The notes beneath the pieces were generated by a model, which had not been told where the DNA came from, searched no databases, and was given only the letters and a program-made list of their open reading frames with translations. A DNA stretch of 44,890 bases from Gammaproteobacteria bacterium (lineage in GTDB: Bacteria > Pseudomonadota > Gammaproteobacteria > Pseudomonadales > Pseudohongiellaceae), in contig PBTO01000115.1 in assembly GCA_002726595.1 (NCBI GenBank), forward strand, positions 1-44,890, read 5' to 3'. The number at the start of each line of letters is the position of its first letter. Positions within the stretch are counted from its first letter, which is position 1. Positions 27,497-36,506 of this stretch are shown here, one piece after another. The translations under genes and the position numbers were made by a program.

Positions 27497-28747
27497 ATGG
27501 CAGAAGAAGAAGTAGAAGCAGCAGCAAAAGTAGCAGAATCAGAAGAAGTAGCTGAAGCGGCTGCATCGGAAGAAGTAACCGAAGCAGCGGAAGAGGCCGA
27601 GGCGACAGAAGCAGAAGAAGTATCCGAAGCAGCTGAGGCGGCGGGAGCAGAAGAAGTAGCCGAAGTTACAGAAGCAGCTGAGGCGGCGGGAGCAGAAGAA
27701 GTAGCCGAAGTTACCGAATCAGCAGATGCGGACGAAGTATTGGAAATTGAAAGTGAGGACGATCTGCTGCTGGTAAAGAAAATGCAGGACGGCAGGGATC
27801 AAATTGTTGGCGAAATAAAGAAAATAATTATTGGCCAGGAAGAGATTATCGATGAGTTGCTTATAGCCCTGTTTGCCGGTGGTCACTGTCTGGTAACCGG
27901 TGTTCCCGGTTTGGCGAAAACACTTTTGATCAAGACTGTTGCCGATATCCTGGAAGTTGACTTCAGCCGGATCCAATTTACACCCGATCTGATGCCGGCC
28001 GATGTTGTCGGTTCGGAAATAGTAGAGGAAACCAGCGGAAAACGGAAACTGAAATTTGTCAAAGGTCCTATTTTTACCAGCATCCTGCTCGCTGATGAAA
28101 TTAATCGAACACCGCCCAAGACCCAGTCCTCGTTGCTGGAGGCGATGGAAGAGAAGCAGGTTACGGCGGCTGGCAAAACCTATCCCATGCTTGCGCCCTT
28201 CTTCGTGCTGGCTACTCAGAACCCGATTGAACTGGAAGGCACCTATCCGCTACCGGAGGCCCAGTTGGACCGGTTCATGTTCAAGATTGAGCTGGGTTAT
28301 TTATCTGAAGAGGATGAGGTTACAGTGGTAAGCACCACTACCCAGACTAACGAAGCCACACTTTCACATCCACTAGGTGGTAAAGATATTCTTGAGTTTC
28401 AACGCATAGCCCGCCAGGTTCCTGCTGCCCAGGCAGTAATTCGATATGCAGTAAGACTGGTACACGCTTCACGCCCACAAAATGAGTCTTCGCCCGATTT
28501 TATAAAAGACTGGGTAAGTTGGGGAGGGGGAATTCGCGCCTCACAGAATCTTATTCTTGCCGGTAAGGTCAGAGCCTTGCTGCTTGGCCGCTACAATGTT
28601 TCCTATGGTGATGTGCGTGCCCTGGCCCATTCGGTAATGCGTCATAGAATTTTACTGAATTTTCATGCCGAGGCGGAACGGGTCACAACCGATGATGTGA
28701 TAACACGATTGCTGGAATCGGTGCCAGAACCGTCATCTGATATTTAA
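27497..28747 (+). CDS. moxR: MoxR-type AAA+ ATPase with an ~85-aa acidic Ala/Glu repeat N-terminal extension
   Basis: Walker A is GVPGLAKT and Walker B is ILLADEINR. The blocks QSSLLEAMEEKQVT and VLATQNPIELEGTYPLPEAQLDRF are typical of MoxR/AAA_3. Confidence 0.9.
   Translation: MAEEEVEAAAKVAESEEVAEAAASEEVTEAAEEAEATEAEEVSEAAEAAGAEEVAEVTEAAEAAGAEEVAEVTESADADEVLEIESEDDLLLVKKMQDGRDQIVGEIKKIIIGQEEIIDELLIALFAGGHCLVTGVPGLAKTLLIKTVADILEVDFSRIQFTPDLMPADVVGSEIVEETSGKRKLKFVKGPIFTSILLADEINRTPPKTQSSLLEAMEEKQVTAAGKTYPMLAPFFVLATQNPIELEGTYPLPEAQLDRFMFKIELGYLSEEDEVTVVSTTTQTNEATLSHPLGGKDILEFQRIARQVPAAQAVIRYAVRLVHASRPQNESSPDFIKDWVSWGGGIRASQNLILAGKVRALLLGRYNVSYGDVRALAHSVMRHRILLNFHAEAERVTTDDVITRLLESVPEPSSDI
27626..27715 (+). 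repeat. Perfect 45-bp tandem duplication in the moxR 5' extension
   Basis: GAAGCAGCTGAGGCGGCGGGAGCAGAAGAAGTAGCCGAAGTTAC occurs at 27626-27669 and again at 27671-27714. Each copy encodes EAAEAAGAEEVAEVT. Confidence 0.9.
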
Positions 28748-28773
28748 GTAGCCTCTGATCAGCAGACATCCCT

Positions 28774-29667
28774 ATGACTGAGACTCTCAATTTTCTGGAC
28801 CCCAAGGTGCTCGCCAGTTTGCATAATCTGGAGCTGCGCGCACGGGTTGTAGTGGAGGGGTTTTTATCCGGATTACACAAGAGTCCGCATCGCGGTTTTA
28901 GCGTTGAGTTTAACGATTATCGCCATTATCAACGGGGCGATGATATGCGCCATGTTGACTGGAAACTCTACGCTCGAAGTGAAAAATTATATATAAAGCA
29001 GTACGAAGATGAGACCAATGTGCGTTGCGTGATCGTTCTGGATACCAGCGCTTCGATGTCTTATACCTCAGGTGGCATAAGCAAGCTCGATTACGGGATC
29101 ACGCTGGCTTCTTCGCTGGCTTATTTCATCATGCGGCAACGGGATGCGGTTGGCCTCATTACCTTCGATGATCAGATTAGAGATTATATTCCGGCAAAAT
29201 GCAGACAGCCGCATTTAATGCGAATATTACGTACGCTCGCCCACGTAGAGGCTGGAGAAAAGACCGATGCGGTGAAGCCGCTTACAGATCTGGCGGCCTC
29301 TCTCCGGAAAAAAAGCATGGTCGTGTTAATCACTGATATGCTGGATGACGAGACACGGGTCATAAATACCTTGCAGAACTTGAGAGGAATGGGCAATGAT
29401 GTCATTGCGTTTCATGTCATGGATGATGCCGAGCTAAATTTTCCGTTTAATGAAGCCTCTGAGTTTATTGATATGGAGAACAATGAATCCTACATCACCT
29501 CACCAGCGGCAATACACAAGTCTTACATGGAAAATTTGAATGAGTTCCTCGAGTTCTGCAAAAAAAAGTGTCAGAGCAGTGGTGTAGATTACTGTCTGCT
29601 GAATACGGCCGAGCCACTGGATGAGGCGCTTTCATCCTACATGACCAAACGCAGCAAGAGTTTCTAG
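28774..29667 (+). CDS. DUF58 (VWA-like) protein, MoxR partner
   Basis: The hallmark block HKSPHRGFSVEFNDYRHYQRGDDMRHVDWKLYARSEKLYIKQYEDE is present. The MIDAS-like motif is VIVLDTSASMS. Confidence 0.85.
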   Translation: MTETLNFLDPKVLASLHNLELRARVVVEGFLSGLHKSPHRGFSVEFNDYRHYQRGDDMRHVDWKLYARSEKLYIKQYEDETNVRCVIVLDTSASMSYTSGGISKLDYGITLASSLAYFIMRQRDAVGLITFDDQIRDYIPAKCRQPHLMRILRTLAHVEAGEKTDAVKPLTDLAASLRKKSMVVLITDMLDDETRVINTLQNLRGMGNDVIAFHVMDDAELNFPFNEASEFIDMENNESYITSPAAIHKSYMENLNEFLEFCKKKCQSSGVDYCLLNTAEPLDEALSSYMTKRSKSF

Positions 29668-29681
29668 GGTAACACTGAACA

Positions 29682-31706
29682 ATGGTCTTTCTCTCACCTC
29701 TATTTCTATTTGGCTTATTGGCAGCGGCACTTCCGATCGCGATTCACCTCATTCGCAAGGAAAAACCACCGAAAATGATGTTCAGTACCATTCGATTTTT
29801 GAAGAAAACGTCGAAGAAACTGATCCTGTTTCAACAGATTCAGCAGTGGCTTCTGCTCCTGTTGCGTGCGGTTGTTATTATGCTGCTGGTAATTGCATTT
29901 GCCAGGCCCCTGGTCGATCAATCGGTATCAAGATTACTGGATGTAGAGCCCCAATCGGTAGTAATTCTTCTGGATAACTCCATGAGTATGCGCTATGGCG
30001 AGAGTTTTGTGGACGCTAAAGCCGCCGCAGTTGAAATTCTGGATGATTTATCCCCAGGTGATGAAGCGGCACTGGTCCTGTTCTCCAATTCTGCCGAAAC
30101 TGTTCGTGAGTTAACAACCGATGTTGATAGCCTGAGAAGTTTTGTTGAGGGTATCGGTCAGCCAGGCTACGGGACCACTCGATATATGCCTAATCTGCGG
30201 CTGGCAGATCAGTTGCTGGAATCATCACGATTTGAAAACCGGGCAGTCTATATGATTTCTGACTATCAGGAAGAAGGACTGGATGGTAGCGATGATAATT
30301 GGAAACTGGCACCCGGCGTAGGCTTCACCGGTATTGATGTGGGTAGCGAGGAAAGTACCAATTTGGTGCTAACCGATGTCAGATCCCCTGAAACCTTGCT
30401 GGAAGATTCTGCCGAGCAGCAGATATTAGTTCGGGTCAGAAGTTCCGGGACGGTACATGTTAGCCAGGGTGAGGTCACACTGGGAATTGATGGCAACCTG
30501 GTGGACCGGGTTCCTGTAGATCTGGCAGATCAATCGGAACAGGTGGTTGATTTGACGGCTGTATTCGACACAGAAGGGACTCATGTTGGAGAGGTAACCC
30601 TGAATGGGGACAGCTTTGCCGTTGACAATAAATTTTATTTCACCGTGGATGTGCTGCCAAAAATCAGGGTATTGGTGGTTAATGGTGAAGCATCAGATGA
30701 CTGGTTTGATGATGAGGGGCACTGGTTTGGGCTTGCCGTTAGTAGTGCAGCAGAATCACCCTTCACTCTTGAATCAGTCGAACCAGCCGCGCTGAGTGCC
30801 GCGTCGTTACGCCAGAATGATGTGGCCGTCCTGCTTAACGTCGGGGATTTGAGTGGATCGCAGGCTGCCGCAGTCAGCTCCTACGTCGAGTCGGGTGGAG
30901 CTCTGCTGATTGCTCCAGGTGACAGAGTAGATGCTGATCGTTTTAATCAACAATTTAGCGAGATTTCTCCAGCATCGCTGCAGTTCCAGGAATCTTCCGG
31001 CCGGGATGATTATCTTGTGATCGCTGATTTCAATAGGCGTCATCCAATATTAAGACCACTGGAAGCTGACTGGTCTGTACGATTTCAGGGGCATTGGACC
31101 ATGACACCAGATGCTGAAGCCGATGTGCTGATGCAATTCGATAATTCTGAACCGGCTTTGGTAGAACGGTCTGTGGGAGAAGGCAAAGTGATACTATTCG
31201 CCTCGACCATGGATCTGGAATGGAACAATTTACCCTTGCAGGCGCTGTTTCTCCCCTTTGTGCATGAGACGCTCAGGCATCTCGTACAGCCTCCTACGAA
31301 GCAACGAGCATACCAGATAGGTGATACCTTCAGTGTGGTATTGGACGGTCAGACGAATGAGGTTCAGGCGCAGGGGCCTGATGGTAATGCCCTGGAATTT
31401 ATCGATGAGAACTTTGTTGTAAATGCGGCAACTCCCGGATTGATTCGTGCAACAGTTGACGGAGTACCACAGACTTATGCTGTCAATGTAATCCCGGAGG
31501 AGTCACGCTTTGCAAAAACCGCCGTTAGCAACCTTTATGACACGATAATTAATCCAGACACCGAGCCATTTCAATCCCAGGCAGTCAGAACCGCTCAACT
31601 CATTGAAGAACTGGAGCGTCCCCAGCGTATTTGGTGGTGGATTTTGAGTCTTGTGATGTTGTTATTAGTGGCCGAAGTCCTAGTTGCTAACAGAACCTAC
31701 CGTTAG
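29682..31706 (+). CDS. BatA-type protein: N-terminal double-TM aerotolerance-regulator domain, VWA domain and C-terminal TM anchor
   Basis: The N-terminus is MVFLSPLFLFGLLAAALPIAIHLI...STIRFL. The MIDAS motif is VVILLDNSMSMRYG. A suspected GATase1-like segment reads IRVLVVNG...GGALLIAPG. The C-terminal helix is WWWILSLVMLLLVAEVLV. Confidence 0.8.
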   Translation: MVFLSPLFLFGLLAAALPIAIHLIRKEKPPKMMFSTIRFLKKTSKKLILFQQIQQWLLLLLRAVVIMLLVIAFARPLVDQSVSRLLDVEPQSVVILLDNSMSMRYGESFVDAKAAAVEILDDLSPGDEAALVLFSNSAETVRELTTDVDSLRSFVEGIGQPGYGTTRYMPNLRLADQLLESSRFENRAVYMISDYQEEGLDGSDDNWKLAPGVGFTGIDVGSEESTNLVLTDVRSPETLLEDSAEQQILVRVRSSGTVHVSQGEVTLGIDGNLVDRVPVDLADQSEQVVDLTAVFDTEGTHVGEVTLNGDSFAVDNKFYFTVDVLPKIRVLVVNGEASDDWFDDEGHWFGLAVSSAAESPFTLESVEPAALSAASLRQNDVAVLLNVGDLSGSQAAAVSSYVESGGALLIAPGDRVDADRFNQQFSEISPASLQFQESSGRDDYLVIADFNRRHPILRPLEADWSVRFQGHWTMTPDAEADVLMQFDNSEPALVERSVGEGKVILFASTMDLEWNNLPLQALFLPFVHETLRHLVQPPTKQRAYQIGDTFSVVLDGQTNEVQAQGPDGNALEFIDENFVVNAATPGLIRATVDGVPQTYAVNVIPEESRFAKTAVSNLYDTIINPDTEPFQSQAVRTAQLIEELERPQRIWWWILSLVMLLLVAEVLVANRTYR

Positions 31707-31914
31707 AATTACTGATAATGTGCTGCTTGATCGTACCCCCTGTGCTTGTGGAAGCACGATGGGAACTAAATCTAACTTATTGATTTTTAAGAAAAATAAA
31801 TTAATACCGAGATTAAAAACTATAACTCCTAGAATAAACCTGCGGACAGGCCGATTTTTGTTGAATCCCTCGCCTTAATGGGCCATAGTATCCAGCAGAA
31901 CAGGGTGCATTGGT

Positions 31915-32709
31915 TTGAGACTACTAAAACAATTATTACAAGCAGCCTTTGTCAAAACATCTAATAGATTTCTGGTTTTCTTAGTTCTTCTAGTTACTGT
32001 TAGTCTGTCTGACGCTGCGAGCGCGCAATCACTGAATTTTAATCAAAGCAGTGCTTTCGTGCAGCCGGCAATTGCTCCATTCGATCTGATCCAGGCACTG
32101 GATACGGATTTTGGTCCCTATGATTTTCGCCTGGCCGAACCACTGCAGACTCTGGGCAGGCAATTGGAGGAGTCCGGCAATCACGGTGACGCTGTAGCGG
32201 TTTATCAACAGGCGTTACATGTTACCCGTGTAAATAATGGGCTTTATCACGAATCCCAGGTGGGGATTCTGGAAAGGCTTATCGAAAACAATAAGGCGCT
32301 GAAGAATTGGGAAGCAGTCAACAACCACTATGCCTATCTTGAGCATTTATACCGACGACTCTATGAGGTTGAAGACCCCAGGTTGGAGACCGGACTACAA
32401 AAGGTGGTGTCCTGGCATGTGAATGCCTTGAATGTGAATCTGGATGGGCGGCGGGTAGAACATCTGCAACAAGCCAATAAGCTGTTTAAACTTCGACTCG
32501 AAATAGCCGAGCAAACCCTGACAGCGGATGATCCAAAATTTGCCTTTCTGCACTACAACATAGCGATCTGTGAACGCCAATTGTATCTCGCCTCTGATAT
32601 AAATCGGGAACTGACACGGAAGAAAAGACGCTCAAGAAGTGATAGTGATACTAACAGGCGTGACAATAATAGAAGCAATAATAGACGAGTATTGGCCGAT
32701 CTGAATTAG
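31915..32709 (+). CDS. Exported helical (TPR-like) protein of unknown function with a basic Arg/Ser/Asn-rich tail
   Basis: TTG start, with a signal-like leader ending at AASAQS. The helical repeat-like core is GDAVAVYQQALHVTRVNNGLYHESQV. The tail is KKRRSRSDSDTNRRDNNRSNNRR. Confidence 0.45.
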   Translation: MRLLKQLLQAAFVKTSNRFLVFLVLLVTVSLSDAASAQSLNFNQSSAFVQPAIAPFDLIQALDTDFGPYDFRLAEPLQTLGRQLEESGNHGDAVAVYQQALHVTRVNNGLYHESQVGILERLIENNKALKNWEAVNNHYAYLEHLYRRLYEVEDPRLETGLQKVVSWHVNALNVNLDGRRVEHLQQANKLFKLRLEIAEQTLTADDPKFAFLHYNIAICERQLYLASDINRELTRKKRRSRSDSDTNRRDNNRSNNRRVLADLN

Positions 32710-33563
32710 TTCCACCATTCCCTCACAGCACCTCCTTCTCGACAGCAAAAACCGAACGTGAGCCACCCATGACCATGGATCATAAGGATCGCATGGACCC
32801 GTTAAATAGGAGGGGTTGATTCTGTGGAATTTGTAATTAGATCGCTAAAGAAGAAACTTGAAAGTAACTCAATGCTTTAGAAAAGGGGGGGAACAAAGAA
32901 AAACTCCCAAGCCTCTTTCTTTAGCTCCTCAAAACCCGCAGACATTTTCCATGATGCCGCAATGCTCTGAAGTTTGAAAATACTAACACAGCCACTTGCG
33001 ATTCTTTTTAAGGGGTTACAATTTGTCACAATGGATCCAGCAGGTTTCGGCGCCGCGTTGGACCTTGCCAATGTTCACTGCGCTCCAGGCATTTTCTTTT
33101 GAATCGAATCGCCAGACGTGGCAAAAGCCAGCGAACGAACGTTTGGTCGAAATGAGGTTAATTTCTGGGTTCATCTTCAGATTTGGAGCCGCTAGTCAGG
33201 GAAATCATCTGTTACGGGATCCAGTGTCAGGCTCGATAGTGACGATCTTGCCAGGTATAGTCCAGTAAACCCGTTTTCTGCCTGGATAAGCCTGGTACAG
33301 GATTTCCATTATAATTTTCGGGTTTATAATACAGAGTGCCATGTATATTTTTATATAAACGGCCGCAGATATTATCGGGCTCCCTGCCTTGATTCCACGC
33401 CAGAGTAGTCTTTACAGAAGAAAACAGGAATTTGGTGGCTCAAGCCGGTCATTGGGAATACTATTGGCCTTCTGTCTCATAGCAGGTCGTGGAGATAGGT
33501 ATCGCCGTAGGTAATATGCAATCGATCAGGCAGTTCTTTGGTCAGGTGAAGAGGTAGACATTC

Positions 33564-34355
33564 GTGAAAGATTTATCAAACAGAGTGGCAATAGTCACCG
33601 GCTCCAGTAGTGGTGTGGGTGCAGCAACAGCAAGATTACTTGCCTCGTTGGGATGCCATGTAGTCATTAATTACAACTCAAACTCTGACGGGGCGAACGA
33701 AGTAGCTCAAGACTGTATCGGTGAAGGTGTTGAAACGTTGGTTTGTCAGGGCAACGTAGCCGAAGACGAGGACTGCCAGGAGTTGGTGAAGCAGACAATG
33801 CAAAAGTGGAGTCGCGTGGACATCCTGATCAACAACGCCGGAACCACCAAGTTTTGTGATCATGCCAATCTCGATGGCCTGGATGCTGCAGATTTTCACC
33901 GGATCTATGGTGTTAATGTAGTTGGTGCCTATCAGATGGTTCGAGCCGTAAGCGAGACCATGAAATCTTCAGAAGATGGAGGTGTTGTGGTCAATGTAGC
34001 ATCCACTGCCGGAGTGACCGGGATTGGCAGTTCAATTGCCTATGCAGCTTCCAAAGGTGCTATGGTAACCATGACACTCTCACTGGCTCGCTCTTTGGGA
34101 CCCAAGATACGTGTCAACGCCGTCTGTCCGGGATTTATTGAAGGTGATTGGTTACGGGATGGATTTGGTGACAAGAAATACGAGGAATTGATGAACTTCA
34201 ATCGTAAGAATTCAGCCCTGGGAGTTACCGCCACGGCAGAAACTGTTGCCGATTCAATTCTTTATTTTATCAGCGGTCCACAAATCGTCACCGGAGAAAC
34301 GCTTATTGTGGATGGTGGCAGACACCTGAGCATGACGCCACTAGTCCGTCGCTAA
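33564..34355 (+). CDS. SDR-family oxidoreductase
   Basis: GTG start. Motifs are VAIVTGSSSGVG, NNAG and YAASKGA, plus PGFIEGDW. Length is 263 aa. Confidence 0.8.
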   Translation: MKDLSNRVAIVTGSSSGVGAATARLLASLGCHVVINYNSNSDGANEVAQDCIGEGVETLVCQGNVAEDEDCQELVKQTMQKWSRVDILINNAGTTKFCDHANLDGLDAADFHRIYGVNVVGAYQMVRAVSETMKSSEDGGVVVNVASTAGVTGIGSSIAYAASKGAMVTMTLSLARSLGPKIRVNAVCPGFIEGDWLRDGFGDKKYEELMNFNRKNSALGVTATAETVADSILYFISGPQIVTGETLIVDGGRHLSMTPLVRR

Positions 34356-34391
34356 GCTGATCCTTTCATGAAATATCCGGGCTAAGCTGAA

Positions 34392-34928
34392 TCATCTTGC
34401 GACAGGGCGCTTCTGTAATTTTCGTTGCAGGGTTCTGCGGTGCATCTTCAGTTGACGCGCAGTGGCCGATATATTGCCTTCGTTTTCCTGCAGAACTTTC
34501 TGAATATGCTCCCATTCCAAACGGCGCACAGACATGGGCTCGGTGAAGGCAATAGGAGTATAGTCTGCACTTTCACCGAGCAATAGCGCGGCCAGGATTT
34601 CGTCAATATCGGCGGGCTTGGAAAGATAGTTGTCTGCGCCCAGCTTGATAGCTTCCACGGCCGTGGCAATACTTGCATATCCGGTAAGAATTAAAATTTG
34701 GATTTCCGAGTTTGACTTCTTGAGCAGGGGAATCAGACTTAACGAGGTTTGACTGCCGAGATTCAGGTCCAGTATGGCGTAGTGAAAGTTTTGTTCACCG
34801 AGTAAATCTGTAGTGGCTTCAATACTCACGGCGTGCGCAACAGAATACTCACGCTGCGTCAATGCACGGCTGATGACTTGGGCAAAGACCTCGTCATCTT
34901 CTACCAACAATATGTTTAGTTGATCCAT
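34392..34928 (-). CDS. regA: RegA/PrrA/ActR/RoxR-type response regulator (REC + Fis-type HTH)
   Basis: The receiver has LLVEDDE and AILDLNLG. The C-terminal block VRRLEWEHIQKVLQENEGNISATARQLKMHRRTLQRKLQKRP is typical of this family. Confidence 0.8.
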   Translation of the reverse strand: MDQLNILLVEDDEVFAQVISRALTQREYSVAHAVSIEATTDLLGEQNFHYAILDLNLGSQTSLSLIPLLKKSNSEIQILILTGYASIATAVEAIKLGADNYLSKPADIDEILAALLLGESADYTPIAFTEPMSVRRLEWEHIQKVLQENEGNISATARQLKMHRRTLQRKLQKRPVAR

Positions 34929-36251
34929 CTAGCTGACAGTACTTGCGGGGAGTTTTATCAGGGTCAGTGCGCCGCCCATTTTCAAATTAAACATCTCGAT
35001 AGTGCCACCAAGTTTTTGAATGGCGGCGTTGGCCAGAAAAATGCCAAGCCCCATACTGTCCTTGCGGCTTGATTTAAACGGCTCGCCCATATTTTCCATC
35101 ACTTCCGTTGGAATGCCGGGGCCGTCATCGTTCACGGCAATTTCGAAATGTTTTTGCTCGCCCTCTACCCACTTGAATAAAACGTCCACATGGTTAGTGG
35201 AGGCCTTTATCCCGTTTTCAATAATATTGATGATGGCATGTTTAACACTGAGGTTAGAGGAGATATTTGGATTCGCGTTGCTGTCTACCATGAACTCGAC
35301 GGAGGCAGAGGGGTGAATATTTATAATATAATCCTTGATGTCATTCACATAAGTGGTGAGCTGAACTTTTTCTTCACGATCTTCATTCTCTTTGTGGTAA
35401 TAACGAATCAGCTGATTCAAGGAATTTTTGCAGCGACCGACCTGCTCCTTGAGCAGAGAGATGTCAGCTTTTATTTCTGAGTTTTTCAGTTCTTCCGGAC
35501 TCTGCTTGTTTAACTCGGTAAGCAGCACTGCCATGGTGGAAAGGGGAGTGCCCAGGGCGTGGGCTGTGCCTGCCGCCAGCGTGCCAATTGCCACAAGTTG
35601 CTCGTTTAGCATTTCTGTCTCTCTGGCTTTCGCCAGGTTAGATTCACGTTCACGAATGGCTTTTGCCATATTAGTAACGAATAAGGTAATCAGAATTGCG
35701 CTCACCACGAAAATTACCCACATGCCAACCAGGTGCAGTTGAAAACCCACCACGTCTTCACTGGCACCGGAATCGGATTGCAATTCCAGCAATATAAAAA
35801 AGCTGTAAATAGCAATGCTTCCCAAAGCAAACACATTCACATAGAACTGGGTTAACAGGGTTGCACCAACCGCCAGCAAGACCAGCAGATAGGAGATGAG
35901 TGGATTACCGGCACCACCTGTGTAAAAAAGAAGTATGATCAAAAACAGGACATCCAGTAGGAGATGGGAAAATAATTCCGTATTGGTTATGGCCCAGGAG
36001 GCCCGCAGGCGCCAGAAGCCCAGCACTACAGAGAGCAAAATGCAGGCAATCAAGCTTAAGATAAGCAGGATTGGCACTTCAATCGGAGAGAGTAGCTGAA
36101 ATACTATCAATCCAATGCTACTCATGACCGTTACAATAATACGCAACAATAACAGCCGCTGGAGAGCGAGGCGCCCTACGCTGCGCCCTTCACCCGAATA
36201 GAGCGGTACCAACAGGCCTAATATTCCAGAATTACTTTTTGTGTGTAGCAT
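34929..36251 (-). CDS. regB: RegB/PrrB/RoxS-type redox-sensing histidine kinase
   Basis: About six N-terminal TM helices are followed by the H-box LAAGTAHALGTPLSTM. A conserved Cys context downstream (LLKEQVGRCKNSL) recalls the RegB redox box. The ATPase G-boxes are DDGPGI and GLGIFLA. The stop abuts the regA start. I chose the start at Met 36251; the tracked ORF extends to 36374. Confidence 0.75.
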   Translation of the reverse strand: MLHTKSNSGILGLLVPLYSGEGRSVGRLALQRLLLLRIIVTVMSSIGLIVFQLLSPIEVPILLILSLIACILLSVVLGFWRLRASWAITNTELFSHLLLDVLFLIILLFYTGGAGNPLISYLLVLLAVGATLLTQFYVNVFALGSIAIYSFFILLELQSDSGASEDVVGFQLHLVGMWVIFVVSAILITLFVTNMAKAIRERESNLAKARETEMLNEQLVAIGTLAAGTAHALGTPLSTMAVLLTELNKQSPEELKNSEIKADISLLKEQVGRCKNSLNQLIRYYHKENEDREEKVQLTTYVNDIKDYIINIHPSASVEFMVDSNANPNISSNLSVKHAIINIIENGIKASTNHVDVLFKWVEGEQKHFEIAVNDDGPGIPTEVMENMGEPFKSSRKDSMGLGIFLANAAIQKLGGTIEMFNLKMGGALTLIKLPASTVS

Positions 36252-36506
36252 TGGTCCATTGTACTGAAAAGTAGCACAATTACTAATCAGCAAAGGCTCG
36301 ATATTAGCCGCCAGAGTACCGAAAATGCTGGTTTTATGGACTATGCAAAGCGGATTGGGCAGGTTATATTGCAACGCTGTTGGCAGACAGAAAGGTATGG
36401 CGGGACCTGGAATCCGCGAGATCGATAGTTACATTCAGTTATGCCGACAAGTAAAAACGGTTTTAATTTAAACAGCGGCTTGGTAAAACAGGAAATCCAA
36501 ATAGAT

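Noticed and set aside
16840-31706. MoxR-VWA operon as an anti-phage or conflict system of the vWA-MoxR (VMAP-type) kind
   Set aside because: Nothing I could recognise as a toxin/effector domain, STAND NTPase or cytoplasmic sensor module is present. Nearly all products are membrane-anchored or exported, and the core matches the Bat (aerotolerance) architecture. An envelope-assembly role fits better than a defence role.
31684-31878. 64-aa ORF in the spacer after the BatA-type gene
   Set aside because: It overlaps the BatA-type stop region, has a low-complexity basic translation and lacks an SD. The spacer more likely holds a weak hairpin (GTGCTT-GTGG-AAGCAC, 31742-31757) and the promoter of the next gene.
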